From: a virus
Lineage: Duplodnaviria > Caudoviricetes
IMG/VR virus record: IMGVR_UViG_3300027419_000078
Location: 1 to 30,917 of that record
Length of the DNA: 30,917 nucleotides
Direction: 5' to 3' (one strand)
Below are positions 8,635-15,963 of the stretch, in pieces (within the stretch, counting starts at the first letter, position 1; each line of letters begins with the position of its first letter). The translations under genes and the position numbers were made by a program. The notes below the pieces were generated by a model. That model did not search any database and was not told the origin of the DNA. It worked only from the letters and a program-made list of their open reading frames with translations.

Positions 8635-8970
8635 ATGGTAGAAAAACCAAAGAAATCGAAGTTCTTTTTAAACAACAGGCGCAAATCCGAGAATCCAATT
8701 GAATTGCAGATGCTCTGTAATGGGGTTATCGAGATGATGAAGATCACCGGGAAGAATTATAAGGATGTTGCTCTGGCTTGTGATATGGAAAGCAATAAGA
8801 CTGCAAATACCATGTATTTCAGGTTGAAGGGAGATCGTAAGATATTGCTTATTCATATCTTTGACATCTTGGCTAATGGGTTCGGGCTCGCGCCGGATCT
8901 GGGATTTTACAATAAGAATTGTGATTTTATCTATAAACCAAAGGCAAAAAGTAATGATGTAATAATTTAA
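8635..8970 (+). CDS. probable HTH (XRE-like) DNA-binding protein
   Basis: MMKITGKNYKDVALACDM...TMYFRLKGDRKILLIHIFDILANGFGL fits an XRE-like pattern. Confidence 0.5.
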   Translation: MVEKPKKSKFFLNNRRKSENPIELQMLCNGVIEMMKITGKNYKDVALACDMESNKTANTMYFRLKGDRKILLIHIFDILANGFGLAPDLGFYNKNCDFIYKPKAKSNDVII

Positions 8971-8972
8971 TT

Positions 8973-9128
8973 ATGGGAAAAGAAATTAAGAAAACAACAG
9001 GTAAAGATGTTGAAGAGGTTCATATTATTGGCAATAGTATTAAAAACTCAAAATTCATTTTCATTACAAAACAGGCGATCAGGTTCGTAGGCGAGACGGA
9101 GCACTTCATTATATTGAGTGAAAGATGA
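8973..9128 (+). CDS. small hypothetical protein, absent from ORF track
   Basis: MGKEIKKTTGKDVEEVHIIGNSIKNSKFIFITKQAIRFVGETEHFIILSER (51 aa); starts 2 nt after the previous stop. Confidence 0.5.
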   Translation: MGKEIKKTTGKDVEEVHIIGNSIKNSKFIFITKQAIRFVGETEHFIILSER

Positions 9129-9166
9129 TCTTGAAACTATACAGAATTTTATAAAACTATACGTTT

Positions 9167-9376
9167 ATGTCTAAAAAGAAACTCACAGTAAAGGAAGACA
9201 AGTACGGGCTAGGCGACTTGTACGACAAGGCGTTTGCGAATGGAATGAGAACTGGCAAGTCCGACACGATTAAGCGTTTACAGGAGTGGACAGAAGGCGA
9301 ATGGACACGACAAGGAGCAGGCAGTAAGGCTTGCAATGTACTCGACGACATCAATCAATTTCTTAAAACTTTATAA
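9167..9376 (+). CDS. hypothetical protein
   Basis: ORF packed in the + strand operon. Confidence 0.55.
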   Translation: MSKKKLTVKEDKYGLGDLYDKAFANGMRTGKSDTIKRLQEWTEGEWTRQGAGSKACNVLDDINQFLKTL

Positions 9377-9377
9377 G

Positions 9378-9635
9378 ATGAGAACGCATAAAATTGTAAT
9401 GCAGGAATATAAGAATGAAATCAGTCGGACTTGTGATTTCTGTGGACTGGTATGCAACAATAAAGATGTAAGTAGAGGCGATGACAACGGAGTTAGAACG
9501 CTTAACTATTGTTCTCATGAATCGAAATGGCTAGATGACGAAAGCGAATATGAAACTTATGATATTTGCGATAAATGCTGGGAGGACATATTGAAACCAC
9601 TAATCGAATCAAAACTAACCAAAAATAAAACATGA
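9378..9635 (+). CDS. Zn-binding hypothetical protein
   Basis: CDFCG ... DICDKCW; ATG 9378 abuts the previous stop and is a better start than 9336. Confidence 0.6.
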   Translation: MRTHKIVMQEYKNEISRTCDFCGLVCNNKDVSRGDDNGVRTLNYCSHESKWLDDESEYETYDICDKCWEDILKPLIESKLTKNKT

Positions 9636-9871
9636 AAAACTGGAAGGAAGAATTAAAAGAAAGATTCAGGATTAAAGCAGAAGACGGACTCGACTTAATG
9701 GGACAGGATGACTTAATAGCTTTCATCTCCAAAGTCGAAGAAGAAGCGGAGAAGAGGGGATACAAGAGGGGAATAGATGCAATAAAGAACAACGAGAACG
9801 CAACTCGCAAGGCTGAAATACTCAAGAAGATAGCCGAACTCAAAGCAGAAGCAGATAAACTTATTTCTTAA
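9632..9871 (+). CDS. hypothetical protein (helical)
   Basis: 4-bp ATGA overlap with the previous gene; TAACC leader. Confidence 0.55.
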   Translation: MKNWKEELKERFRIKAEDGLDLMGQDDLIAFISKVEEEAEKRGYKRGIDAIKNNENATRKAEILKKIAELKAEADKLIS

Positions 9872-9882
9872 ATTAAAATTGT

Positions 9883-10239
9883 ATGAAAATCCAACTCGAC
9901 ACGGAATCCAAAATCATAAAGATTGAAAATTCAATCAAATTCGGTGAGCTTGTAGAGGCTCTTGAAAAATTACTACCAAAAGGTGAATGGAAGAAGTATG
10001 AATTGCAAACCAATACAATAATCAATTCATGGACTAATCCAATAATAATAAAAGAATATCCGCAACCTATCTATCCATCTTACCCATGGATTACATTTTG
10101 TCATAATGCTGACAATACACTAACTACTAGCGCGAACGAACTAACTGATTTAACGGCGGGAGGTAATGACAAAAGTTTTGCTACTAATAAATCAGATGGA
10201 TATGAAACAAAGGCAGGTATTTACAATGTAGAATTATAG
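9883..10239 (+). CDS. hypothetical phage protein
   Basis: 118-aa ORF with a YPQPIYPSYPWIT low-complexity segment. Confidence 0.6.
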   Translation: MKIQLDTESKIIKIENSIKFGELVEALEKLLPKGEWKKYELQTNTIINSWTNPIIIKEYPQPIYPSYPWITFCHNADNTLTTSANELTDLTAGGNDKSFATNKSDGYETKAGIYNVEL

Positions 10240-10250
10240 CTCTTTCACAA
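10239..10250 (+). promoter_or_regulatory. boxA-like antitermination element
   Basis: GCTCTTTCACAA differs by one base from rrn boxA GCTCTTTAACAA and lies immediately upstream of structured RNA. Confidence 0.5.
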
Positions 10251-10254
10251 CATG

Positions 10255-10338
10255 GACGCTCGATTTGTGGGGCTATTCTCCACAAAGGGCGTTGTAGGCT
10301 GGACAATCCAAGGCGGAAACGCAACGGCAAAACCAGCC
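10255..10338 (+). ncRNA. two structured hairpins leading the ncRNA locus
   Basis: Hairpin 1: GACGCTC/GGGCGTT plus TTTGTGGGG/CTCCACAAA (10255-10293). Hairpin 2: GGCTGG/CCAGCC closing a GCG-GAAA-CGC tetraloop stem (10297-10338). Confidence 0.55.
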
Positions 10339-10382
10339 ACTTGAAATCTTGTACAGGGCGGATAGCAATGCGCATTGCATAG

Positions 10383-10451
10383 GTACTCGTGTTAGCAATG
10401 GTAGCTATAATCCGTAACGGAAGGTTGCAGGTTCGATTCCTGTCGGGTACC
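10383..10451 (+). ncRNA. tRNA-like element 1 (no proper anticodon arm)
   Basis: Acceptor GTACTCG/CGGGTAC; D arm TAGC-AATGGTA-GCTA; short hairpin TCCG-TAA-CGGA; variable AGGTT; T arm GCAGG-TTCGATT-CCTGT; no CCA. Confidence 0.7.
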
Positions 10452-10475
10452 TATCCGCTCGCTACAAGGATTCAA

Positions 10476-10568
10476 GGTCGTGTCGTTTAAAGAGAGGTGA
10501 CGCTAGTGGTAACTTCTCGTGGTAAGACACTCTATAGGGGGATGTAGGTTCAAGCCCTACCTCGACCT
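10476..10568 (+). ncRNA. tRNA-like element 2 (D-loop insertion, no proper anticodon arm)
   Basis: Acceptor GGTCGTG/CTCGACC (1 mismatch); D stem GTTT/AGAC with a ~29-nt hairpin in the loop; short hairpin CTCT-ATA-GGGG; T arm GTAGG-TTCAAGC-CCTAC. Confidence 0.65.
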
Positions 10569-10621
10569 CAAGCATAATTGAATAGACTAAAAACATATCC
10601 TGCTAGTATAACCAAATACAT

Positions 10622-10885
10622 ATGAGAAAATCTATCAAAACACACAAGAAATCCAAAGAAATAAAACCTCCTTCGCTAGTAACAGAAGGACGCTGTAACC
10701 AATGCGCTAATGTGTTGGAGCTGATTAGTTGGACATTCGTAACTGGCAATAGCGTTACCAGCCTGGTATGTACGAACACCAAGTGTCCTAACTATGCGTT
10801 ACTTCAAGTGCCAGAACATATCATGTACAAGCACTGGCTCAAGCAAGAACACGAAGAAAACAGACTAATCGAAAAATATTTATGA
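10622..10885 (+). CDS. Zn-ribbon protein
   Basis: CNQC ... CTNTKCP; TAACC leader. Confidence 0.6.
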   Translation: MRKSIKTHKKSKEIKPPSLVTEGRCNQCANVLELISWTFVTGNSVTSLVCTNTKCPNYALLQVPEHIMYKHWLKQEHEENRLIEKYL

Positions 10886-11103
10886 AAAAGCGCACAATCA
10901 AGCCATGCAAAAAATGTTACCAGATGACGAATCACGAAGACGGTAAGTGCCTTAAATGTATGCAAAGCGAGGCAAACCTATGCAATCCTACGCAAGATTT
11001 TGCGAACTCGATAAAGGACAATCCGCAAGCGATTATCGAGTGGGCTGAATCGGAAATTCGTGAGTACCAAAAACTTATCAAAATTCTTAGAGAACAAAAA
11101 TGA
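10882..11103 (+). CDS. small Zn-finger protein
   Basis: CKKC...CLKC; ATGA overlaps with both neighbours. Confidence 0.6.
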   Translation: MKKRTIKPCKKCYQMTNHEDGKCLKCMQSEANLCNPTQDFANSIKDNPQAIIEWAESEIREYQKLIKILREQK

Positions 11104-11324
11104 TAAATAATCACAAACATTCTTTTATAGACTGCACTCCAATCTTATGCCGCACGTTCCCCAGTGTCGCACAGGAGCTTGGTGCGCCGATGATGGCCTA
11201 TCAAGACAACAAGGAATGGTGCGATGCGGAGAAATGGCGTGAGCTTGAAAAGTACAGACAGGGATTCCGCGCCTTCATGTGCGCTTGCTCGGCGATCAAA
11301 GTCTTTAATCCGAACGTCAAATGA
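11100..11324 (+). CDS. hypothetical protein
   Basis: ATGA-coupled ORF with HKH near the N-terminus and FMCACS near the C-terminus. Confidence 0.55.
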   Translation: MINNHKHSFIDCTPILCRTFPSVAQELGAPMMAYQDNKEWCDAEKWRELEKYRQGFRAFMCACSAIKVFNPNVK

Positions 11325-11497
11325 AATGTCCTCGAATAGACACATGCACACATGCTCAATCACCAGCTTGCGAGTTTGAGACAATCGTTAATGCTTGCCA
11401 GCTCAATCGCCAAGAGACGAATCGCAAAGCACAAGAGACAATGCGGAAACATCATCTCGCCGAGGAGATGGATAAATGGAAAGGATTTTGCCATTAA
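11321..11497 (+). CDS. small Cys-containing hypothetical protein, absent from ORF track
   Basis: MKCPRIDTCTHAQSPACEFETIVNACQLNRQETNRKAQETMRKHHLAEEMDKWKGFCH (58 aa); ATGA-coupled to the previous gene. Confidence 0.55.
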   Translation: MKCPRIDTCTHAQSPACEFETIVNACQLNRQETNRKAQETMRKHHLAEEMDKWKGFCH

Positions 11498-11510
11498 CCA
11501 AAAAACAAAT

Positions 11511-11699
11511 ATGCTGGACACGTTTATCATTCTCGACCAAGACGCGGACTATCGCAGGGTACGACCAAAAGACGAACCGAGTACCGTTGGAGACGTGATA
11601 GTGGCCACAAGAGGCCAGTTTATAATATCGGGCGTTGACCATGGCGAAGACAATGAAACCGTCCAGCTAACCTGTATTGCTCAGCCGATTAAAGATTAA
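11511..11699 (+). CDS. hypothetical protein
   Basis: ATG 11511 follows TAACC and an A-rich leader; preferred to 11352, which would overlap the 58-aa ORF. Confidence 0.5.
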   Translation: MLDTFIILDQDADYRRVRPKDEPSTVGDVIVATRGQFIISGVDHGEDNETVQLTCIAQPIKD

Positions 11700-11701
11700 A
11701 T

Positions 11702-12094
11702 ATGAAACAATTAAAACTAGAGAAATACATCTACGAAATAATCGGGAAATATTCTAAGATATTGCTTCTCGACAAACATACATTCGAGCTTCGCTATAAA
11801 ACGAATAACGACAATGCGCTTATGGAGTGCCAATATAATTATCCATACCTCAATGTGACCTTGAGATATAGCGATAAACTTATTAAGAAATGGAAGAACA
11901 AAGAAGATATAATCCCGTATATAGTACACGAGTTGTGTCATCCGATTACAGACCCGTTGTACGCCAAAGCAGTAAGGAGATATGTTTCCGAGAATGAAAT
12001 CCTAGACGAAAGAGAGAAGTTAACAGATTATATTTGTAACATCGTGATGAAGAATGAAATTTGCCAGAGAAAGACGTTTGACTATAAGCAATAA
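11702..12094 (+). CDS. HEXXH zincin-like metallopeptidase domain protein
   Basis: YIVHELCHP with a downstream E (EREKLTD). Confidence 0.65.
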   Translation: MKQLKLEKYIYEIIGKYSKILLLDKHTFELRYKTNNDNALMECQYNYPYLNVTLRYSDKLIKKWKNKEDIIPYIVHELCHPITDPLYAKAVRRYVSENEILDEREKLTDYICNIVMKNEICQRKTFDYKQ

Positions 12095-12106
12095 GTTTGC
12101 TATAAT
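12078..12106 (+). promoter_or_regulatory. near-consensus sigma70 promoter
   Basis: TTGACT (12078), 17 bp spacer, TATAAT (12101) with TG extension. Confidence 0.8.
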
Positions 12107-12168
12107 GTTATGATTTACACGATGCGCATCAAAGTAAATCGCGTCCATATTTCATAACAAAACAAAAA

Positions 12169-12831
12169 ATGGAAACGCAAAAACCTGCATTCATTTCAAA
12201 CAAGACGATGCTGATTCTCGGCATTGTAAGTACATTCATACTGGCTTTCACCGCCAGTGCCTTCGCATTCGGTCCGAATGATCGTGAGCTTTCTCTTATT
12301 GAGTACGGGATGCTTAAACAAGAGATTTCGGATAATTCCGCCGAGTGGTTAAAGCTCGAAGGTCAACAGGAAGACCTTCACGATGCGAACGCTGAGTTGC
12401 GTATTAGGTTGGATGCTTTAGACGCGGAACTTTTTCCGCAGAACCTGAGCTATAGTTCTCAAACTAGCTCCTTGATTATATCGAATATCTATTTCACATC
12501 GTACAATCCTGAGGTGGGTCAAACCGATTCAACTCCATGCATTGCGGGGGGAACCGGTTTAAATCTTTGTGACATGGCTAATGAAGGACAACGCGTGATC
12601 GCTCTTTCACAGGAACTTATCTCATGGAGTAACTATGGTCTTAATGCCCCTTTCGATGCTGGAGATAAAGTAATTCTTGTCTCCACTGATTATCCGGAAG
12701 ATCAGCGTTGCAATGGGGAGTTTGTGATAGCAGATGCCATGAACGCGAGATGGAGAGATCGTGGAGATCTGTTTTTCATGAATAGATCCGATAACATATC
12801 ATGCCATGCAGATATTTATATGGTGGATTAA
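12169..12831 (+). CDS. secreted/membrane-anchored coiled-coil plus 3D (DPBB) domain cell-wall enzyme
   Basis: N-terminal hydrophobic signal (…ASAFA), coiled coil, then FTSYNPEVGQTDSTPCIA, VIALS and ADAMNARWRDRGDLFF, typical of 3D-domain proteins. Confidence 0.75.
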   Translation: METQKPAFISNKTMLILGIVSTFILAFTASAFAFGPNDRELSLIEYGMLKQEISDNSAEWLKLEGQQEDLHDANAELRIRLDALDAELFPQNLSYSSQTSSLIISNIYFTSYNPEVGQTDSTPCIAGGTGLNLCDMANEGQRVIALSQELISWSNYGLNAPFDAGDKVILVSTDYPEDQRCNGEFVIADAMNARWRDRGDLFFMNRSDNISCHADIYMVD

Positions 12832-12875
12832 ATTCTGGAAAAAGAATAGACCGCATAGAGGTTTGAGAATGCGTT

Positions 12876-12918
12876 AATAAAGGAGGAGTCGGCATAAAAC
12901 TGACTCCTTTTTTTATTT
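12876..12918 (+). terminator. intrinsic terminator
   Basis: AGGAGTCGG-CATAAAA-CTGACTCCT followed by a T tract. Confidence 0.85.
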
Positions 12919-12920
12919 TG

Positions 12921-12949
12921 TTGACAATAATTATTTCCGTGCATATATT
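12921..12949 (+). promoter_or_regulatory. sigma70 promoter for groES-groEL
   Basis: TTGACA (12921), 17 bp spacer, TATATT (12944). Confidence 0.7.
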
Positions 12950-12982
12950 CAGTTTAGTATTAGTTAGTAACCAAAAAGTACT

Positions 12983-13306
12983 ATGCAAGACACAGCATCA
13001 AGCCCAAACGAGGGCTCCAGTCAAAAGAAACTGGAATTTTCGCCGTTAGGCAAAAGAATAGTGATCTCTCGCAAAGTAGCTGATGTCGGTGGTCTCAAGC
13101 TGACAAAGGAACTTGAGAGAGAGTCCAGTCCGGATGTTGGTACCATCATACAGATAGGCCAGATCGGGTTCTGGAATAAATGGATCAGAGGCATCCGTCC
13201 TGGTAAGCAGGTTCATTTCGTGAAATACAGTCCGGTCAAGGTTGAGACAACAGATTATGCTTATATTTATGTTAATACGTCTGATCTCTTAGGAATTAGC
13301 AATTAA
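12983..13306 (+). CDS. groES: co-chaperonin GroES-like
   Basis: FSPLGKRIVI, GGLKL mobile loop, GTIIQIG, IRPGKQVHFVKYS and DLLG; directly upstream of groEL. Confidence 0.85.
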   Translation: MQDTASSPNEGSSQKKLEFSPLGKRIVISRKVADVGGLKLTKELERESSPDVGTIIQIGQIGFWNKWIRGIRPGKQVHFVKYSPVKVETTDYAYIYVNTSDLLGISN

Positions 13307-13341
13307 AAGTTAGTTAGTTTTAATTATAAATAAAAAGAAAC

Positions 13342-14985
13342 ATGAAAGTTCCGTACAAGTCTTACCTCTATGGTAAAAAGGCAAGGGCGAAATTACTTGC
13401 CGGTGTTGATAAGCTTGCTGATGCAGTCGCGATTACACTTGGCGCAAAAGGAAGATACGTTATATTTGAGTCGCCAATTTGGCAGAAACCTCAAATTACA
13501 AATGATGGGGTTACGATTAGCCGTGAAGCAAATCTCAGCGATCCATTCGAGAATCTTGGATGTCAGGTTGTAAAACAGGCATCTTTCCGCACAAATGACC
13601 TGGTAGGTGATGGAACGACAACTGCTATTATTCTTGCAAGAGAATTAGTAAGAGCAATGTTCAAAGGCAATCAGGGCAATCCGGTTGCTGTTAGTCGCGC
13701 ATTAAAAGACCTTTCCAAAAAGGTTATCGATCAAGTTGTATTGAGCAAACATGAAGTTAAGACTGCTCAAGACTTAGTGAATATTGCAACGATATCATGC
13801 AGAGATCCTCAGATCGGCAAATTAATCGGAGAACTTATATTCGATCTCGGAAAAGATAGCGCAATCACTTTCGAGGAAGGGATTGAGAATAACATCACAG
13901 TCACTCGTCAAAAAGGGTTTAAATGGGATCAGGGTCTAAAGGAGGGCGTGATCAAGAACAACAAATACGAGAATGAAATGAAAGATGCTCGCGTTCTCTT
14001 GGTCAAGGGGAGATTAAATTCCTTTGTTGATTTTGCGAATCTTGCCAAGCAATTCGTAGATGGAAGAGTAACCAAGAACGCAAAAGGAGAAGATGTCGTT
14101 GAGGTTACAAAGGTACATGTAGGAAGACTTGTAATTGTTGCCGAATACTTGCATCCATCTATTTTGCAGTTCCTATTCCAAAATGGAGTTCAGAATAGTG
14201 GACCTCTTGACTGGATCTGGGTACAACCACCGGCATTCGGAAGCAAGAGAGATGATATTATTCGAGACATAGCAATCGCAACTGGAGCAAAAGTTGTAGA
14301 TTCAGATAAGGGTGTACAAATCAGAGACTTCACTATCGATGACTTGGGTCAAGTTAGATCGGCTTACTCAAATCGCGAACATACTGTTTTAGTTCCTGAT
14401 AACGAAGTAGCAATGATTGATCGCATTCTTTTCCTTATCAACGAAAAGAAAGGCAGTACAAGCGAAGTGGAGATTAAGGATTTCGATGAAAGAATAGCCG
14501 CACTCAAAGGTGGATTAGCGACTATCCGATATTCCGCATCTACTGATGTCGAGAAGAGAGAACTTAAATATCGCTTAGATGATGCAGTATTCGCCGCCAA
14601 AGCTACATTGATGGGTGGATATGTGGAGGGTGGAGGCGTTGCACTTCTCAAGGCTATGAATAAGGTTGAGAAACCAAAAGATAAGGACGAAGCAATTGCT
14701 TGGGGTCTTCTTAATCAGGCATGTGAGCAACCTTGCAGACTCATTCTTGAGAACGCCGGGATGGAAGAGGTGGATGAATTGATTAAGAAGATCATCAAGG
14801 AAGGCAAGGGAATTGATGTCACAGTTAATGAGTTTGTTGATTTGGTAACAGCCGGGGTAATTGATCCATTTAAAGTTGTTCAATTGACTCTTGAGAACGC
14901 AGTCAGTGCCGCCGGGACACTCATTACAACTGAATGCGCAATCGTTAATGAGCCGGAAGAGGAAGACGAAAAGAAAAAGAAATAA
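13342..14985 (+). CDS. groEL: chaperonin GroEL
   Basis: GVDKLADAVAITLGAKGR, ITNDGVTI, GDGTTTA, PAFGSKR, GGGVALL and GVIDPFKV. Confidence 0.95.
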   Translation: MKVPYKSYLYGKKARAKLLAGVDKLADAVAITLGAKGRYVIFESPIWQKPQITNDGVTISREANLSDPFENLGCQVVKQASFRTNDLVGDGTTTAIILARELVRAMFKGNQGNPVAVSRALKDLSKKVIDQVVLSKHEVKTAQDLVNIATISCRDPQIGKLIGELIFDLGKDSAITFEEGIENNITVTRQKGFKWDQGLKEGVIKNNKYENEMKDARVLLVKGRLNSFVDFANLAKQFVDGRVTKNAKGEDVVEVTKVHVGRLVIVAEYLHPSILQFLFQNGVQNSGPLDWIWVQPPAFGSKRDDIIRDIAIATGAKVVDSDKGVQIRDFTIDDLGQVRSAYSNREHTVLVPDNEVAMIDRILFLINEKKGSTSEVEIKDFDERIAALKGGLATIRYSASTDVEKRELKYRLDDAVFAAKATLMGGYVEGGGVALLKAMNKVEKPKDKDEAIAWGLLNQACEQPCRLILENAGMEEVDELIKKIIKEGKGIDVTVNEFVDLVTAGVIDPFKVVQLTLENAVSAAGTLITTECAIVNEPEEEDEKKKK

Positions 14986-14986
14986 T

Positions 14987-15127
14987 ATGCAATACGGAAT
15001 TTTACCTACATATTGCAGGGGTTGTGAGAAGGAAATCACTTTAAACAACCCCGGTCAGATCCAGAAGTACTGTAGTAAGAAGTGTCGCCAATCTCGTAAC
15101 AAACACAAACATGCAAGGCAAAGTTAA
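14987..15127 (+). CDS. small Zn-finger protein (CxxC...YCSxxC)
   Basis: MQYGILPTYCRGCEKEITLNNPGQIQKYCSKKCRQSR from ATG 14987. Confidence 0.6.
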   Translation: MQYGILPTYCRGCEKEITLNNPGQIQKYCSKKCRQSRNKHKHARQS

Positions 15128-15320
15128 GTATTTCAATTCGGACAAGGGTTTTGGATTCATCAGCAGTGAAAGCGCCGACATATTCGTTCATGTATCGCAG
15201 GTGAACGGGGCGGAGATCAAGAAAGGCGATATCGTCAGCTACGACATTCAGGAAGGCAAAAAGGGTCCTGAGGCTACTAATGTCACAGTTGTTGAATTCA
15301 ATCATGTTGACGAAGAGTGA
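15111..15320 (+). CDS. csp: cold-shock domain protein
   Basis: GKVKYFNSDKGFGFI (RNP1), IFVHVS (RNP2) and GKKGPEATNV. Confidence 0.95.
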   Translation: MQGKVKYFNSDKGFGFISSESADIFVHVSQVNGAEIKKGDIVSYDIQEGKKGPEATNVTVVEFNHVDEE

Positions 15321-15391
15321 TTCTCTTTATTAGTTAAAATTATTTAAATATTGCTAGGATTTGGTGTCTAAAAAATTAACAAAATAAAACT

Positions 15392-15556
15392 ATGGAACCT
15401 CCAAAATGTTGGGTATGTACTCGTGACTATGCAATGATAGAAATAGGTGATATCGGGGGAGTCGTCCAAGAGTGTAATCCGGATGGAAGTATAGCCGGTG
15501 TGCATCCCAAGAAACTATACCAGTGTCCAAACTGTAAAGTTGTAGCAATCCAGTAA
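15392..15556 (+). CDS. small Zn-ribbon protein, absent from ORF track
   Basis: MEPPKCWVC...LYQCPNCKVVAIQ (54 aa). Confidence 0.6.
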   Translation: MEPPKCWVCTRDYAMIEIGDIGGVVQECNPDGSIAGVHPKKLYQCPNCKVVAIQ

Positions 15557-15566
15557 TCAAATTCCT

Positions 15567-15962
15567 ATGTCATCTTTATCGTATTTTATCTGCAAGAACC
15601 TAAAGGAAGCCGGATACCCACAACCATACGGTAAGAGTATTGAGGATCAGAGATATTTTTACCTGTCGCGTTTTGAGGGAGAGAAGATAATCCTATTCGC
15701 GTTTTACAATCTCGAAAATGCGAAGTATGACGATGGAAGTGTTATAGATTACGCAAAGGATTTGGTTTACAGACCAACGCTATCGGAACTTATCAAGGCT
15801 TGTGGAGATAAATTTAGCGCATTATCTCGATATGATTCGCCGGGAATTACTGAGGAAATTCACACCACATTTCAAGCGTGTTATGAAAGAAACGCATACG
15901 GGCATGGTGACACACCGGAAGAGGCAGTCGCTCGCCTTTGGTTAGACCTTAACAAGAAATAA
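15567..15962 (+). CDS. hypothetical phage protein
   Basis: KNLKEAGYPQ, PTLSELIKAC and GDTPEEAVARLWL resemble motifs seen in uncharacterised phage proteins. Confidence 0.65.
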   Translation: MSSLSYFICKNLKEAGYPQPYGKSIEDQRYFYLSRFEGEKIILFAFYNLENAKYDDGSVIDYAKDLVYRPTLSELIKACGDKFSALSRYDSPGITEEIHTTFQACYERNAYGHGDTPEEAVARLWLDLNKK

Positions 15963-15963
15963 C

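Noticed and set aside
10340-10476. YrlA-type Y RNA or tmRNA
   Set aside because: Arm order is unpermuted, no Ro60 gene is in the window, and there is no tag reading frame or CCA end.
10383-10568. Canonical decoding tRNA genes
   Set aside because: No 5-bp stem with a 7-nt anticodon loop can be drawn in either element, so no amino acid is assigned.
10368-12129. ATGCGCAT palindrome at 10368 and 12122 as a shared operator
   Set aside because: Only 8 bp, also present inside the endolysin gene, and explained by hairpin apices.
12107-12168. Riboswitch before the 3D-domain gene
   Set aside because: The leader is only ~55 nt with one hairpin; no aptamer consensus that I recognise.
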